Source of the DNA: Macrostomum lignano
Lineage: Eukaryota
Direction: 5' to 3'
Length of the DNA: 64,000 nucleotides
Assembly: GCA_002269645.1 (NCBI GenBank)
Contig: NIVC01001647.1
Location: 56,445-120,444, forward strand
Below, in pieces: positions 1-11,626 of this stretch. The translations under genes were made by a program, and so were the position numbers. How positions within the stretch are numbered: the stretch's first letter is position 1; each line of letters starts with the position of its first letter. The notes under the pieces were generated by a model. The model ran no database searches. It saw only the letters and a program-made list of their open reading frames with translations, and was not told the origin of the DNA.

Positions 1-2
1 GG

Positions 3-3000
3 CTCGCCCGTCCGTGGGGGCGGAGCCGGCGGCAGCGGCAAATCGAACCAGTCGTCCTCTTGGTCGGCCGCGCCGTTGTCAGCCGGTGGGCTGTTGCACT
101 TAACCAGCCGACTCGCTTGCCACTTTGTACCGTCGGACAGCACGAAGGTGTTGCGCCCTGCTTTGGAGGCGATCTTTAGCGGTTCCTTCAGTCGGGTCGC
201 CAGCTTGTGCGCTCGGTGCGGCGTCTGTCGCCAGACCCAGTCTCCGGCCTGGAGCATAGAGTCACGAGCTCGCCTTCGCTTGTTGGTGTAGTCGGCATTC
301 TTGGCTTGCCTCTGTGCGATACTGTCTCGCAGGTCGCTGTCGTCCCGCTGTTGCACTGGAGTTGGCCTGAGCAGCTGCAGTCCGGACCGCAGCTTGCGCC
401 CGATCATCAGCTCGGCTGGAGTCAGCCCGGTGAGAGCGTGCTGGCTGGTCCTGTAGGTCTTGAGCACCAGGTCGATGGCGTCCTCGAACTTCGCTCCCGC
501 CCTCAGGTTCGCTGCCAGGCCCTCCTTCAGACTCCGGTTGAATCGCTCGACTCCGCCGTTGCCTTGCGGGTAGTACCGGCTCACTCGGCTGTGCTTGATG
601 CCCTCGGCTCGCAGGAACTCTTCGAACTCGTCGCTGACGAACTGGGGTCCGTTGTCGCTGATCAGCATCTTCGGGACTCCCCACCGGCCGAATAGCTTCC
701 GAAGCGTCTTGATGATGTTGGCAGAGGTGACGGTTTCCATGGCTGCAATCTCCGGCCACTTGCTGTACAGGTCGTGGATCACCAGTAGAAACCGCTGGTG
801 TCGAGGAGCCGCGGCGACCTCGCCGAAGATGTCGATCTCGACCTTGTCCCACGGTCCATCTGGCCACTCGATTGGTGTCACGATCGTCTGTTGAGGCTTG
901 CCGGACTTCTCCGCCAGAGTGCAGGCCGTGCAGTTCTTGACGTAGTCCTCCACCTGCCGGTCAATTCCAGGAAACCAGACCGTGTCGCGGCACCGCTGCT
1001 TTGACCGAACGACGCCCGGATGCCCTTCGTGGGCCTCCTCGATGACTTGAAGTCGCAGGCTCGTCGGGATGATCGCGCGTTCACCACGACCGAGGCACTG
1101 ACCGTTGTTCCAGCAGAACAGCTCGTCCCGGACGTTGAAGTACGGCTTTAGAGAGCTGTCCACCTTCGATGGCCAGCCGCCCGAGATGTACTGCAAAACC
1201 GCCTGCAGCACTTCGTCCTCCTTGGTCGCCGTTGCCAGTGCGTCTGCCGTCAGCGTTGTCTTCGAGTCGACGACTGCGTAGACGTAGCCCTCCTCGTCGG
1301 TCTCCTCGGCTGGAACGCGCTCCGTCGTGGCCCATCTGGACAGCATGTCCGCGCACTTGTTGTCAGCGCCAGGGATGTGCTCAAACCGGACGTCGTAGCC
1401 GCGAAGTCTCTCGACCCATCGATGAATGCGAAGAGGCCTGTGCCCCATGCCTTTCGAGTCGAGCAGAGTTGTCAGGGCCTTGTGGTCGGTGCGCAGCGTT
1501 ACTCGTCTGCCGTATAGATAGTAGTGCCAGCGTTCGATGCTCCATACACAGGCCAGGGCTTCTCGCTCTCCGGCTGAGTATCGCTTTTCCGCTGGGCTGA
1601 GTGCTCTCGATGCGAACGCGATTGGCACCTCTTTTTCGTTTTGTACTTGGCTGAGCACTGCCCCCAGTCCGTCTAGACTTGCATCGCAGGTGACGTACGT
1701 CTCAGCTTGGCAGTCAAAATGAGCTAACACTGGGCTGCTGGTTACGGCTGACTTGAGTGTACGGAAGGCTGTACGTTCCCGCTCACCCCAGTGCCAGTCC
1801 GCGTCCTTTTTGAGCAGTTGTCTCAGAGGCTCGGCAATTGCTGAGTAATGCGGTATGAACTTGCGCAAAAAGTTCACTGCTCCGAGAAACGATTGAATTT
1901 GCGCGACCGTTGATGGCTCAGGAATTCTTAGAATTGCGTCGACGTTGCACTTGGTCGGTTTGATGCCGTCTGCAGAGATGACCAATCCGAAGAAATCCAC
2001 GCTCGCCTGCCGGAATTTGCACTTCTCTCGATTGAGTGTGAAGCCTTCGCGATGAATCCGCCCTAGGACTTCTCGGAGGTTCTTGTCGTGCTCAGTCTCG
2101 TCCTTGCCGTGCACCAGGATGTCGTCCACGATGTTGATGGCGCCAGGAGCTCCTCGAAGCACCGTCTGCAGGGCTCGCTGGAAGGCAGCTCCGGAGCTAG
2201 ATAGCCCGAATGGCACCACGGTGAACTGGTACAGGCCGGCATCGGTGATGAAGCACGTCAGTCCTCGAGAGTCTGGATGCAGCGGAATCTGCTGGTAGCC
2301 TTGACGCAGGTCCAGCTTGCTGAAGCACTTCGAGCCGTTGATGCTGGCCGATAGGTCCTCGATTGACGGTACCGGATAGCGGTCCGCGATCACCGCCTTG
2401 TTGACCTGCCGCAGATCCACGCAGAGACGAACCTTGTTGGACTCCTTCTTGCGCGTCACGACAACGTTGCTAACCCACTCGGACGCGTCGACCTTCTCAA
2501 TGATGCCCTGTTGCTCCATCCGGCTGATCTCTGACGTCACTTCGTCCTTCAGGCCGATCGGCAGCTTCCGCATTGGCTGAGACACTGGCTTGACCGAGGC
2601 GTCGATCTTTGTCCGGTGAATGAAGCTCTTGGACCGGCCCAGACCGTCGAAGATTCCGGGGAAGTCGCGCTCGATCGTAGTCTCGCTGATGCTCATCACT
2701 CTGTTGTCACCTTGGAAGATTTTGAATCCGAGGGCCTGAAACAGGTCGCGGCCCAGGATGTTCGCTCCTTTGTCGGCGACGTAGAATGTGGCTTCTGTCC
2801 TGATGCCGTTGAACGTCACTGGAAGCTCGACCTTGCCGATGGTCTTGATCGCAGATCCGCCGTATGCCTCCAGTTTTGTGCTCGTCGGAAGCAGCGGGTG
2901 CCTAGCGAAGGACTTCTTGAACGTCTCCATGTTGAGCAACGAAACGGCAGCACCGCAGTCGATTTGCAGTCGAATCAGCTGTCCGCCCAGACGGCATTCG

Positions 3001-3818
3001 CAGAATAAGCTGTCTGTGCTCTTGTTGTTCACGGCCAGGACCGTCAGACTGGACTCTGCAGGCTCTTTGGTGTCGATCGCAGAGACCGCTTTCATGCGGC
3101 ACATTTTCGCGAAATGGTTCGTCTTGCCGCATCGTCTGCATTTCTGGCCCATCGCCTTGCATTCGCCCTTGTGTCCGTGGTTGCCTCCGCATCGAGTGCA
3201 CTTTGGACCTGCTGCTGCGGTCTTCTCATGGCGAGCAGCTGGCTTCGGCTTCTTGCTCAGCGCCTTCACGTGGAGCTCTGGGCCGCTGACCTGCTTGGCA
3301 TCTTTGATGGCTGCTTCGATTCGCTCAGCCTTCTTGATGGCGTCATCTAGCGTCAGATCGTCCTCCTCCATCAGGAGTCTTTCCCTAATGCGAGGTACGC
3401 AGGTTTTCTCCACAAGTTGGTCTCGAATCATTTCGTCGTGAAAGGTGTCAAATTTGCAGTTTGTTGCCAGTTCTCTCAGGGCCATCACGTAGTCTCCGAT
3501 GCTCTCGCCGTCGTGCTGGGCTCGCTGCCGAAAGGCGAAGCGCTCTGCTATGACGCTTCTCGACGAGCTGAAAATCGCCTTCAGTGCCTTTTTGGTCTCC
3601 TGAAGCGACTTGCTTGCATCGACGTTTGCAGCTCGGCGGCGTCCTTCCTCACCAAGCAGATGCAGGAGGATCGCCTTCTTCCGACTCTCTGATGCCTCTT
3701 CGAGAGCTCCAGCTACCAGGAAGTTCTCAAATGACTTGATCCACCTTGCCCATGGCACAGGAGGTTCGCCTGGTACTGGTTGAAACTCCGCTGGGTACGG
3801 GAGTCCGCTCGTCGCCAT
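3..3818 (-). CDS. Gag-Pol polyprotein, single frame, 3'-partial (about 1272 codons in window)
   Basis: Begins MATSGLPYPAEFQPVPGEPPVPWARWIKSFENFL. Two Cys/His knuckles CTRCGGNHGHKGEC and CRRCGKTNHFAKMC (~3090-3200); protease LQIDCGAAVSLL (DCG at 2952-2960); RT LCVDLRQVNK, FSKLDLRQGYQQ, PFGL, NIVDDILVHG (~2100-2440); RNase H CDASLDGLGAVL...EREALA...TDHKAL (~1470-1700); integrase HEGHPG...CTAC, SDNGPQF, NGGVERFN (~530-1040). Gag start, protease, integrase core and window edge were checked to share one frame. Its absence from the ORF track fits having no stop codon before the window edge. Confidence 0.93.
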   Translation of the reverse strand, partial: MATSGLPYPAEFQPVPGEPPVPWARWIKSFENFLVAGALEEASESRKKAILLHLLGEEGRRRAANVDASKSLQETKKALKAIFSSSRSVIAERFAFRQRAQHDGESIGDYVMALRELATNCKFDTFHDEMIRDQLVEKTCVPRIRERLLMEEDDLTLDDAIKKAERIEAAIKDAKQVSGPELHVKALSKKPKPAARHEKTAAAGPKCTRCGGNHGHKGECKAMGQKCRRCGKTNHFAKMCRMKAVSAIDTKEPAESSLTVLAVNNKSTDSLFCECRLGGQLIRLQIDCGAAVSLLNMETFKKSFARHPLLPTSTKLEAYGGSAIKTIGKVELPVTFNGIRTEATFYVADKGANILGRDLFQALGFKIFQGDNRVMSISETTIERDFPGIFDGLGRSKSFIHRTKIDASVKPVSQPMRKLPIGLKDEVTSEISRMEQQGIIEKVDASEWVSNVVVTRKKESNKVRLCVDLRQVNKAVIADRYPVPSIEDLSASINGSKCFSKLDLRQGYQQIPLHPDSRGLTCFITDAGLYQFTVVPFGLSSSGAAFQRALQTVLRGAPGAINIVDDILVHGKDETEHDKNLREVLGRIHREGFTLNREKCKFRQASVDFFGLVISADGIKPTKCNVDAILRIPEPSTVAQIQSFLGAVNFLRKFIPHYSAIAEPLRQLLKKDADWHWGERERTAFRTLKSAVTSSPVLAHFDCQAETYVTCDASLDGLGAVLSQVQNEKEVPIAFASRALSPAEKRYSAGEREALACVWSIERWHYYLYGRRVTLRTDHKALTTLLDSKGMGHRPLRIHRWVERLRGYDVRFEHIPGADNKCADMLSRWATTERVPAEETDEEGYVYAVVDSKTTLTADALATATKEDEVLQAVLQYISGGWPSKVDSSLKPYFNVRDELFCWNNGQCLGRGERAIIPTSLRLQVIEEAHEGHPGVVRSKQRCRDTVWFPGIDRQVEDYVKNCTACTLAEKSGKPQQTIVTPIEWPDGPWDKVEIDIFGEVAAAPRHQRFLLVIHDLYSKWPEIAAMETVTSANIIKTLRKLFGRWGVPKMLISDNGPQFVSDEFEEFLRAEGIKHSRVSRYYPQGNGGVERFNRSLKEGLAANLRAGAKFEDAIDLVLKTYRTSQHALTGLTPAELMIGRKLRSGLQLLRPTPVQQRDDSDLRDSIAQRQAKNADYTNKRRRARDSMLQAGDWVWRQTPHRAHKLATRLKEPLKIASKAGRNTFVLSDGTKWQASRLVKCNSPPADNGAADQEDDWFDLPLPPAPPPRTGE
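3808..3817 (-). other. Primer-binding site TGGCGACGAG (tRNA-Ser(GCT)-type)
   Basis: Lies 2 nt after the LTR-terminal CA. Complementary to the ...CUCGUCGCCA 3' end of animal tRNA-Ser(GCT), recalled from memory (10-nt match). Confidence 0.75.
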
Positions 3819-3819
3819 T

Positions 3820-4006
3820 TGTTGTGTTCTAGTTGATTGATTAAATTCAATTCAGTTGGAGACACTTGAGTCTCGCTCAATATATTTATACTCATGTGCA
3901 CGTTGAAAACAGTGTTACGCAATCGAAACAACGATACCATGATTGAACGCACGATGCATATAAGGTAATTGAACAATTCTAGCCTCAAAGTTAGTTAGTT
4001 ACAACA
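3820..4006 (-). mobile_element. 5' LTR (187 bp)
   Basis: Minus strand starts TGTTGTAAC and ends ACACAACA (6-bp terminal inverted repeat), directly upstream of the PBS. The partner LTR is outside the window, so the outer boundary is unconfirmed. Confidence 0.75.
3881..3890 (-). promoter_or_regulatory. TATA box in the LTR
   Basis: Minus strand TATAAATATA, about 60 nt upstream of the LTR 3' end. Confidence 0.6.
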
Positions 4007-4058
4007 CCTAGGCCCGATGCACAGTCACTACACTCAGTACTAGAATATGCTCGAGTGC

Positions 4059-4469
<411 letters not shown>

Positions 4470-5022
4470 GTATCTGCCTCTCTAACCCGCCCAGCAACAA
4501 TTTTCCAGCAGAATATAGCTGAGAATGCCGCTCTGGAGTCCCCGAGCCCCGGGGCAGTGGCCGCAGCCGCTGATCAGGTGTCGGAAGCGGCAGCGGAGGC
4601 CCGGACTCAGGCCGCTAATGCAATCGGGCGGCCGGGCGCTTCCTCATTAGCTGCCAGGCCCGGGGATAACCGCGTTATCCGCATTATTCACGCTGTCCCG
4701 AGCTGGCCGGCTTCCCGCTTTCCCGCGCCGCAAACTGAGAGCGGACTTCCAGCCCGGCAAGATGGCAACTATAAAATGAATCCGAGCGACTCCCCCGGTG
4801 CGCAGCCCGAAGGCGGTCGCGCGAACGGTGAAGATGAAGCGACTCGGGGGGAAGCCATGCTAGAAGAAGAAGACTATCTGGAACAGGCATTAGTGGGCGT
4901 GTAGCGTCCTGGGGGCTGTCTTGAGAGCTGATTTTTGCACGGAACAGGACCTTCTTTACTTAGTATCGAAGACTCACTGGGGGCTGCGTTTCAGAACGTG
5001 ATTTTGTACTTTATGGAGTGAA

Positions 5023-5340
5023 GCAACAGCGCTGCTCACACAAAAACAGCAGCGCCTCACACAACAACAGCAGCGCCTCACACAACAACAGCAGCGTCTC
5101 ACACAACAACAGCAGCGCCTCACAAAACAACAGCAGCGCCTCACACAACAACAGCAGCGCCTCACACAACAACAGCAGCGCCTCACACAACAACAGCAGC
5201 GTCTCACACAACAACAGCAGCGCCTCACACAACAACAGCAGCGCCTCACACAACAACAGCAACGCCTCACACAACAACAGCAGCGCCTCACACAACAACA
5301 GCAGCGCCTCACACAACAACAGCAGCGCCTCACACAACAA
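5023..5340. repeat. 21-bp minisatellite AACAACAGCAGCGCCTCACAC, ~15 copies
   Basis: Direct tandem repeat; source of the SSASHNN / CEALLLL pseudo-ORFs. Confidence 0.97.
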
Positions 5341-6196
5341 TTTGCAATGCACTGCCTTATAGCCTTCATGATTGCGCAGTGATACGCAAAAGCGACGCAA
5401 CATGCAGTTTCTGGCGGGACCATCCGAAAGATGACATTCTCTTTCCCAACAAGCCGTTATCCAGTGGCCAGCAAATGAAAAGCTTTGGTTATCCAGAGGA
5501 TGCAGATTCTTCAAAGAGGCAATCGAGACTTCCACTTGTCCTTGCAGGCCGTAGCGACTGGCCATTTGTAAACCCGCCTTGGGTAGTGGAAGATGAGCCT
5601 TATCTAGTGCGCAGGGGCCATTCTGTTTGAAATCTGCTTCTTCTCTGCTTTTTCTTCTATAGCAGCAGCAATGCATCCTCTGGCCAGTGCAACTTTCCTC
5701 CCTGCAATCCCATTCATGCAGGGATAACTATCTCCCGCAAGTTGGGGATTTATACCTTTGTCCAGGCTGTGGAAGGCTGTGTGTTTAAAAATTCTGCCAA
5801 TTTTCCTCTGTCTGTCTGTTGTGTGTCTTTTTTCTGCCGCGATTGCCCGCCCGGCCGCGGCTGGAGGTCAGCGCGGTTTTTGAGTGACACGACGGCCTTT
5901 TTTCTCCTTCTCTTTAGTTCGAAACGGTCCGGTTTTAAATTATCGTTTCCACAACAATTCCTATCGCACCTCTCGCTCTCTCGCCGTTCGTCTGGTCGTT
6001 ATGTTGCTGGGCGAGGTGTTGCGTCAGAGCCTGCTAAACCTTGGAATTGCTGGGACTGCGGGTTTCTCTCCCCGTTTTTCCATTAACTTCTGACTTCTGT
6101 GCGGCGAGCTGATTGGGAATGCAACAGTTCTAGTCTTGTTGATCGACGATATTTGTAGATTTGGCAATCTTTGGCACAGAGCTAGGCCTATGCACT

Positions 6197-6652
6197 GATT
6201 GATTGTCTGATAGATCAGATATAGATATGGAGTGATTGTCTGAGATCAGATATAGATATAGAATAATTGTCTGATAGATCAGATATAGATATGGAGTGAT
6301 TGTCTGATAGATCAGATATAGATATGGAGTGATTGTTTGATAGATCAGATATAGATATGGAATAATTGTCTGATAGATCAGATATAGATATGGAGTGATT
6401 GTCTGATAGATTAGATATAGATATGGAGTGATTGTCTGATAGATCAGATATAGATATGGAGTGATTGCCTGATAGATTAGATATAGATATGGAGTGATTG
6501 TCTGATAGATTAGATATAGATATAGAATAATTGTCTGATAGATCAGATATAGATATGGAATAATTGTCTGATAGATCAGATATAGATATGGAATAATTGG
6601 CTGATAGATCAGATATAGATATGGAATAATTGTCTGATAGATCAGATATAGA
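6197..6652. repeat. 33-bp minisatellite A (GTGATTGTCTGATAGATCAGATATAGATATGGA)
   Basis: Tandem repeat with 11-codon periodicity in the ORF track. Confidence 0.95.
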
Positions 6653-6662
6653 CATCATTTTT

Positions 6663-7363
6663 TCTGATAGATCAATTACAGACACAGAATGGCAGTCTGA
6701 TAGATCAATTACAGGCACAGAATGGCAGTCTGATAGATCAATTACAGACACAGAATGGCAGTCTGATAGATCAATTACAGACACAGAATGGCAGTCTGAT
6801 AGATCAATTACAGACACAGAATGGCAGTCTGATAGATCAATTACAGGCACAGAATGGCAGTCTGATAGATCAATTACAGACACAGAATGGCAGTCTGATA
6901 GATCAATTACAGACACAGGATGGCAGTCTGATAGATCAATTACAGACACAGAATGGCAGTCTGATAGATCAATTACAGACACAGAATGGCAGTCTGATAG
7001 ATCAATTACAGGCACAGAATGGCAGTCTGATAGATCAATTACAGACACAGAATGGCAGTCTGATAGATCAATTACAGACACAGAATGGCAGTCTGATAGA
7101 TCAATTACAAGCACAGAATGGCAGTCTGATAGATCAATTACAGACACAGAATGGCAGTCTGATAGATCAATTACAGACACAGAATGGCAGTCTGATAGAT
7201 CAATTACAGACACAGAATGGCAGTCTGATAGATCAATTACAGACACAGAATGGCAGTCTGATAGATCAATTACAGACACAGAATGGCAGTCTGATAGATC
7301 AATTACAGACACAGAATGGCAGTCTGATAGATCAATTACAAGCACAGAATGGCAGTCTGATAG
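6663..7363. repeat. 33-bp minisatellite B (CTGATAGATCAATTACAGACACAGAATGGCAGT), ~21 copies
   Basis: Tandem repeat sharing the TCTGATAGATCA core with adjacent array A. Confidence 0.97.
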
Positions 7364-7879
7364 ACGAAATTGAAACTGTGAATTAAGAAGACAGAAAGTT
7401 CCGCAGCCAGCAGCAAAATGCGCACTTCCATAGCCGGCAATGCAATCCCAAATTGAAAGAATTCCCTACTGAAAACTTTCCCCAGCTGCACAGCTCCAGA
7501 AGAACACACAGTGAGAGCATGCAAGACAAATAGCAGAATTTGCCAATTAGCACACATGCAACAGCGGGGGGGGGGGGGGAACCACCATGCCTCTGATATT
7601 CTAATATTTTGCAACTCGCAGAAAACTACACTTGCGTCCCCCTCAGGTTTCCCCTCTCTGCCTCTCTCTCTGGCTGTTGGGCCTCCTTATTTCATTCTTT
7701 GTTCGGAGTCGCTGGATGGAGAGCGCTGGTGGGCGGAGACTGATCCACCCTGATAACCGCCCAGAAGCTGTAGCTGTTAGCTGAAATTTATTGGCACTGC
7801 GCCCCAGCTAGACACAGCCCGAACTCCAACCAAAACAAGGCCCTCTCACGCTGGCATAGAGCAGTGAGTCAGAAATCTG

Positions 7880-8260
7880 GGCTGCTTGAAAAAACTCTGA
7901 GAGAACGGAGAAAAAGAAAGGAGGGGAAGATGGGAAATGGAGGAAGCAATAGAGAGAAAGGAGGGGAGAGAGGAGGGGGGAGAGAGGGAAGAGGGAAGAG
8001 GAGAGGGGAGAGAGCAGAGAGGGTAGAAAGGGGAGAGGCGAGAGAAGAGAAGGGAATGGAGAGAGGGAAGAGAAGAGAGAAGGGAGAGAGTAGAGAGGGG
8101 AGAGGGGAGAAGAGAGAGGGCAGATTAAAAGATGGCAGAAGAGAGAGTGGAGGGAACAGAGATGAGAGAGGAGATACTCGAGAAGGGAAAGTAGAGAGGA
8201 GACACATGGAGTAGAGAAAGGCAAACTGATAGAAAGATGAGAATAGAGAGGGAGAACAGA
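7880..8260. repeat. Irregular purine-rich (GA) low-complexity tract
   Basis: Almost all G/A on the plus strand with no fixed period. Confidence 0.85.
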
Positions 8261-8690
8261 GGGCACAGAGGCAGTTCATCGAGCAGGCGGCCACAGAGCT
8301 GCATTTCAAGCACATCGTGGCTGCGATATGAGTGAGCGGAAGATCATGAGAAGCTGCTGCGGGTGACGCAACTGCATGGGGATAACTGGGCAGAAGTGGG
8401 GGATCAGAGAGGGGGAGATGGCGAATAGACTCAAGCTCAAATTAGGTTGAGTTGCGTAATGATAATCCATAGCTTACTAACTGCCCCCCCCGAACTGTTT
8501 GGACCTGCTGGCTGGGCAGCAGTCGGTCAATTTTCATAGTAAATGCCGATCTCTGATGCTGATGAGGCCCGCTGGATGCTGGCTGGCCTGATAGCAATCT
8601 GAATCTTGATGCATAATTGGAAGGATTGGACTGCAGAAGTTTCTGGTGAAAATCATGCGGTTAACCATTTGTGCTCTGCGTGTGTGCTTT

Positions 8691-9980
8691 TGTGCTCATT
8701 TCCTGTGTGTTTAGCAGCAATGAGGATGTATTTCATGTCCTCATTTCCTGAGTGTGTTGCAGCAATGAGGATGTATTTCATGTGCTCATTTCCTGAGTGT
8801 GTTGCAGCAATGAGGATGTATTTCATGTGCTCATTTCCTGAGTGTGTTGCAGCAATGAGGATGTGTTTCATGTGCTCATTTCCTGAGTGTGTTGCAGCAA
8901 TGAGGATGTGTTTCATGTGCTCATTTCCTGAGTGTGTTGCAGCAATGAGGATGTGTTTCAATGTGCTCATTTCCTGAGTGTGTTGCAGCAATGAGGATGT
9001 GTTTCATGTGCTCATTTCCTGAGTGTGTTGCAGCAATGAGGATGTGCTTCAATGTGCTCATTTCCTGAGTGTGTTGCAGCAATGAGGATGTGTTTCATGT
9101 GCTCATTTCCTGAGTGTGTTGCAGCAATGAGGATGTGTTTCATGTGCTCATTTCCTGAGTGTGTTGCAGCAATGAGGATGTGTTTCAATGTGCTCATTTC
9201 CTGAGTGTGTTGCAGCAATGAGGATGTGTTTCATGTGCTCATTTCCTGAGTGTGTTGCAGCAATGAGGATGTGTTTCAATGTGCTCATTTCCTGAGTGTG
9301 TTGCAGCAATGAGGATGTGTTTCAATGTGCTCATTTCCTGAGTGTGTTGCAGCAATGAGGATGTGTTTCAATGTGCTCATTTCCTGAGTGTGTTGCAGCA
9401 ATGAGGATGTGTTTCAATGTGCTCATTTCCTGAGTGTGTTGCAGCAATGAGGATGTGTTTCAATGTGCTCATTTCCTGAGTGTGTTGCAGCAATGAGGAT
9501 GTGTTTCAATGTGCTCATTTCCTGAGTGTGTTGCAGCAATGAGGATGTGTTTCAATGTGCTCATTTCCTGAGTGTGTTGCAGCAATGAGGATGTGTTTCA
9601 ATGTGCTCATTTCCTGAGTGTGTTGCAGCAGTGAAGATGTGTTTCAATGTGCTCATTTCCTGAGTGTGTTGCAGCAATGAGGATGTGTTTCAATGTGCTC
9701 ATTTCCTGAGTGTGTTGCAGCAATGAGGATGTGTTTCAATGTGCTCATTTCCTGAGTGTGTTGCAGCAATGAGGATGTGTTTCAATGTGCTCATTTCCTG
9801 AGTGTGTTGCAGCAATGAGGATGTGTTTCAATGTGCTCATTTCCTGAGTGTGTTGCAGCAATGAGGATGTGTTTCAATGTGCTCATTTCCTGAGTGTGTT
9901 GCAGCAATGAGGATGTGTTTCAATGTGCTCATTTCCTGAGTGTGTTGCAGCAATGAGGATGTGTTTCAATGTGCTCATTT
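8691..9980. repeat. 45/46-bp minisatellite TGTGCTCATTTCCTGAGTGTGTTGCAGCAATGAGGATGTGTTTCA(A), ~28 copies
   Basis: Direct tandem repeat. Confidence 0.97.
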
Positions 9981-10809
9981 CGTGATGGACATCGGAGCTG
10001 ATATGGGGATAAGTTGCAGCTTCCCAGCAGCACTGATTTTCAGCCTCACCGAGGCCCGATGTCGCACTATGGAATGAAAAGAACAAAACGCAGTCTTAAC
10101 GCCAAACAATTTGCAATTTTGCAGCGCAGCAGCACTGATAGATTAAAGAGCTGTAGATTCGATACACTCCGAGCCTCTGCAGTTCTGCTTTCTCTCTCCA
10201 CTCTCACCTCTCAGTCATTCATCTCCCAATTAGCAGATTGTAGCCACCAATCAACAGTTGGTAGCGCTGGTCGCAGCTGCTGCGCAAGCAAATACTTGTT
10301 GCAAAAGAGTAGAAATCGAAAGCAGAAGAAAGCAAGCAAGTGCTTGGGAATTGCAGATTGCTTCTGTGAAGCTGGAAGCCTTAATTTAATGATACAGTCT
10401 TCCCGGGCTTATAGGGCGATTCCCACGACATTAAGTAGTGTTTCTGCGTATGTCTAGACGGTACCGAGGCATAAGAAAAATAAACAGGCGACTCCAATAC
10501 AGTGTGAACTGCTGCAGTTTGCAACAGGCAGGGCAGAGCAAAAGTAAAATTAAGTAAACTGGGATCCACAGAACAACAATTTTGCTAATCTGGGGACGGG
10601 TTCAAGCAGGTCACCATCAGATGCAACAGCAAGATTAGCATGTAAAGCATGTATGGGATCTGCCCAAACTCCCGCAACTGACCCCCCTGTCACTCAGCCT
10701 CCAATCAGCCTGTCCCTGTCTGCGTGGCAACACAGCAAAGCAAAACAGTAGCCTAAACACATCGTATACTGATATAAGGCATGTTGATCTGCAACCTGGA
10801 ATTCTGGGG

Positions 10810-11626
10810 TGGTGGGCGCGGATGTCCTACTGAGTGAGTGAACTGTGTACCTGGAATCCAAGGTGGGGGTGGGCGGATCTCCTGCCGAGTCAGTGAACTG
10901 TGTACCTGGAATCCAAGGTGGGGGTGGGCGGATCTCCTGCCGAGTCAGTGAACTGTGTACCTGGAATCCAAGGTGAAGGTGGGCGGATGTCCCGCTGAGT
11001 CAGTGAACTGTGTACCTGGAATCCAAGGTGAAGGTGGGCGGATGTCCCGCTGAGTCAGTGAACTGTGTACCTGGAATCCAAGGTGGGGGTGGGCGGATGT
11101 CCCGCTGAGTCAGTGAACTGTGTATCTGGAATCCAAGGTGGGGGTGGGCGGATGTCCCGCTGAGTCAGTGAACTGTGTATCTGGAATCCAAGGTGGGGGT
11201 GGGCGGATGTCCCGCTGAGTCAGTGAACTGTGTACCTGGAATCCAAGGTGAAGGTGGGCGGATCTCCTGCCGAGTGAGTGAACTGTGTACCTGGAATCCA
11301 AGGTGAAGGTGGGCGGATGTCCCGCTGAGTCAGTGAACTGTGTACCTGGAATCCAAGGTGAAGGTGGGCGGATGTCCCGCTGAGTCAGTGAACTGTGTAC
11401 CTGGAATCCAAGGTGAAGGTGGGCGGATGTCCCGCTGAGTGAGTGAACTGTGTACCTGGAATCCAAGGTGGGGGTGGGCGGATGTCCCGCTGAGTCAGTG
11501 AACTGTGTACCTGGAATCCAAGGTGGGGGTGGGCGGATCTCCCGCTGAGTGAGTGAACTGTGTACCTGGAATCCAAGGTGAAGGTGGGCGGATGTCCCGC
11601 TGAGTCAGTGAACTGTGTACCTGGAA
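10810..11626. repeat. 55-bp minisatellite GAGTCAGTGAACTGTGTACCTGGAATCCAAGGTGAAGGTGGGCGGATGTCCCGCT, ~15 copies
   Basis: Head-to-tail repeat with no unique spacers. Confidence 0.97.

Larger units (their letters stand above)
1..4006 (-). mobile_element. Ty3/Gypsy LTR retrotransposon (Mag-like), 3' end outside the window
   Basis: 5' LTR with TGTTGT...ACAACA termini, PBS, then gag-PR-RT-RH-IN order (integrase last, as in Gypsy) read manually on the minus strand. Confidence 0.96.

Noticed and set aside
2119-2960. Protease DCG and RT IVDD as inactivating or novel changes
   Set aside because: Catalytic aspartates are retained, and to my knowledge such variants occur in Mag-like Gypsy elements.
76-3692. 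Plus-strand and alternative-frame ORFs over the retrotransposon
   Set aside because: Antisense or off-frame shadows of GC-rich gag-pol.
10810-11626. 55-bp repeat with a small GCGG...CCGC hairpin, superficially CRISPR-like
   Set aside because: Units are contiguous with no unique spacers, there are no cas genes, and the context is eukaryotic.
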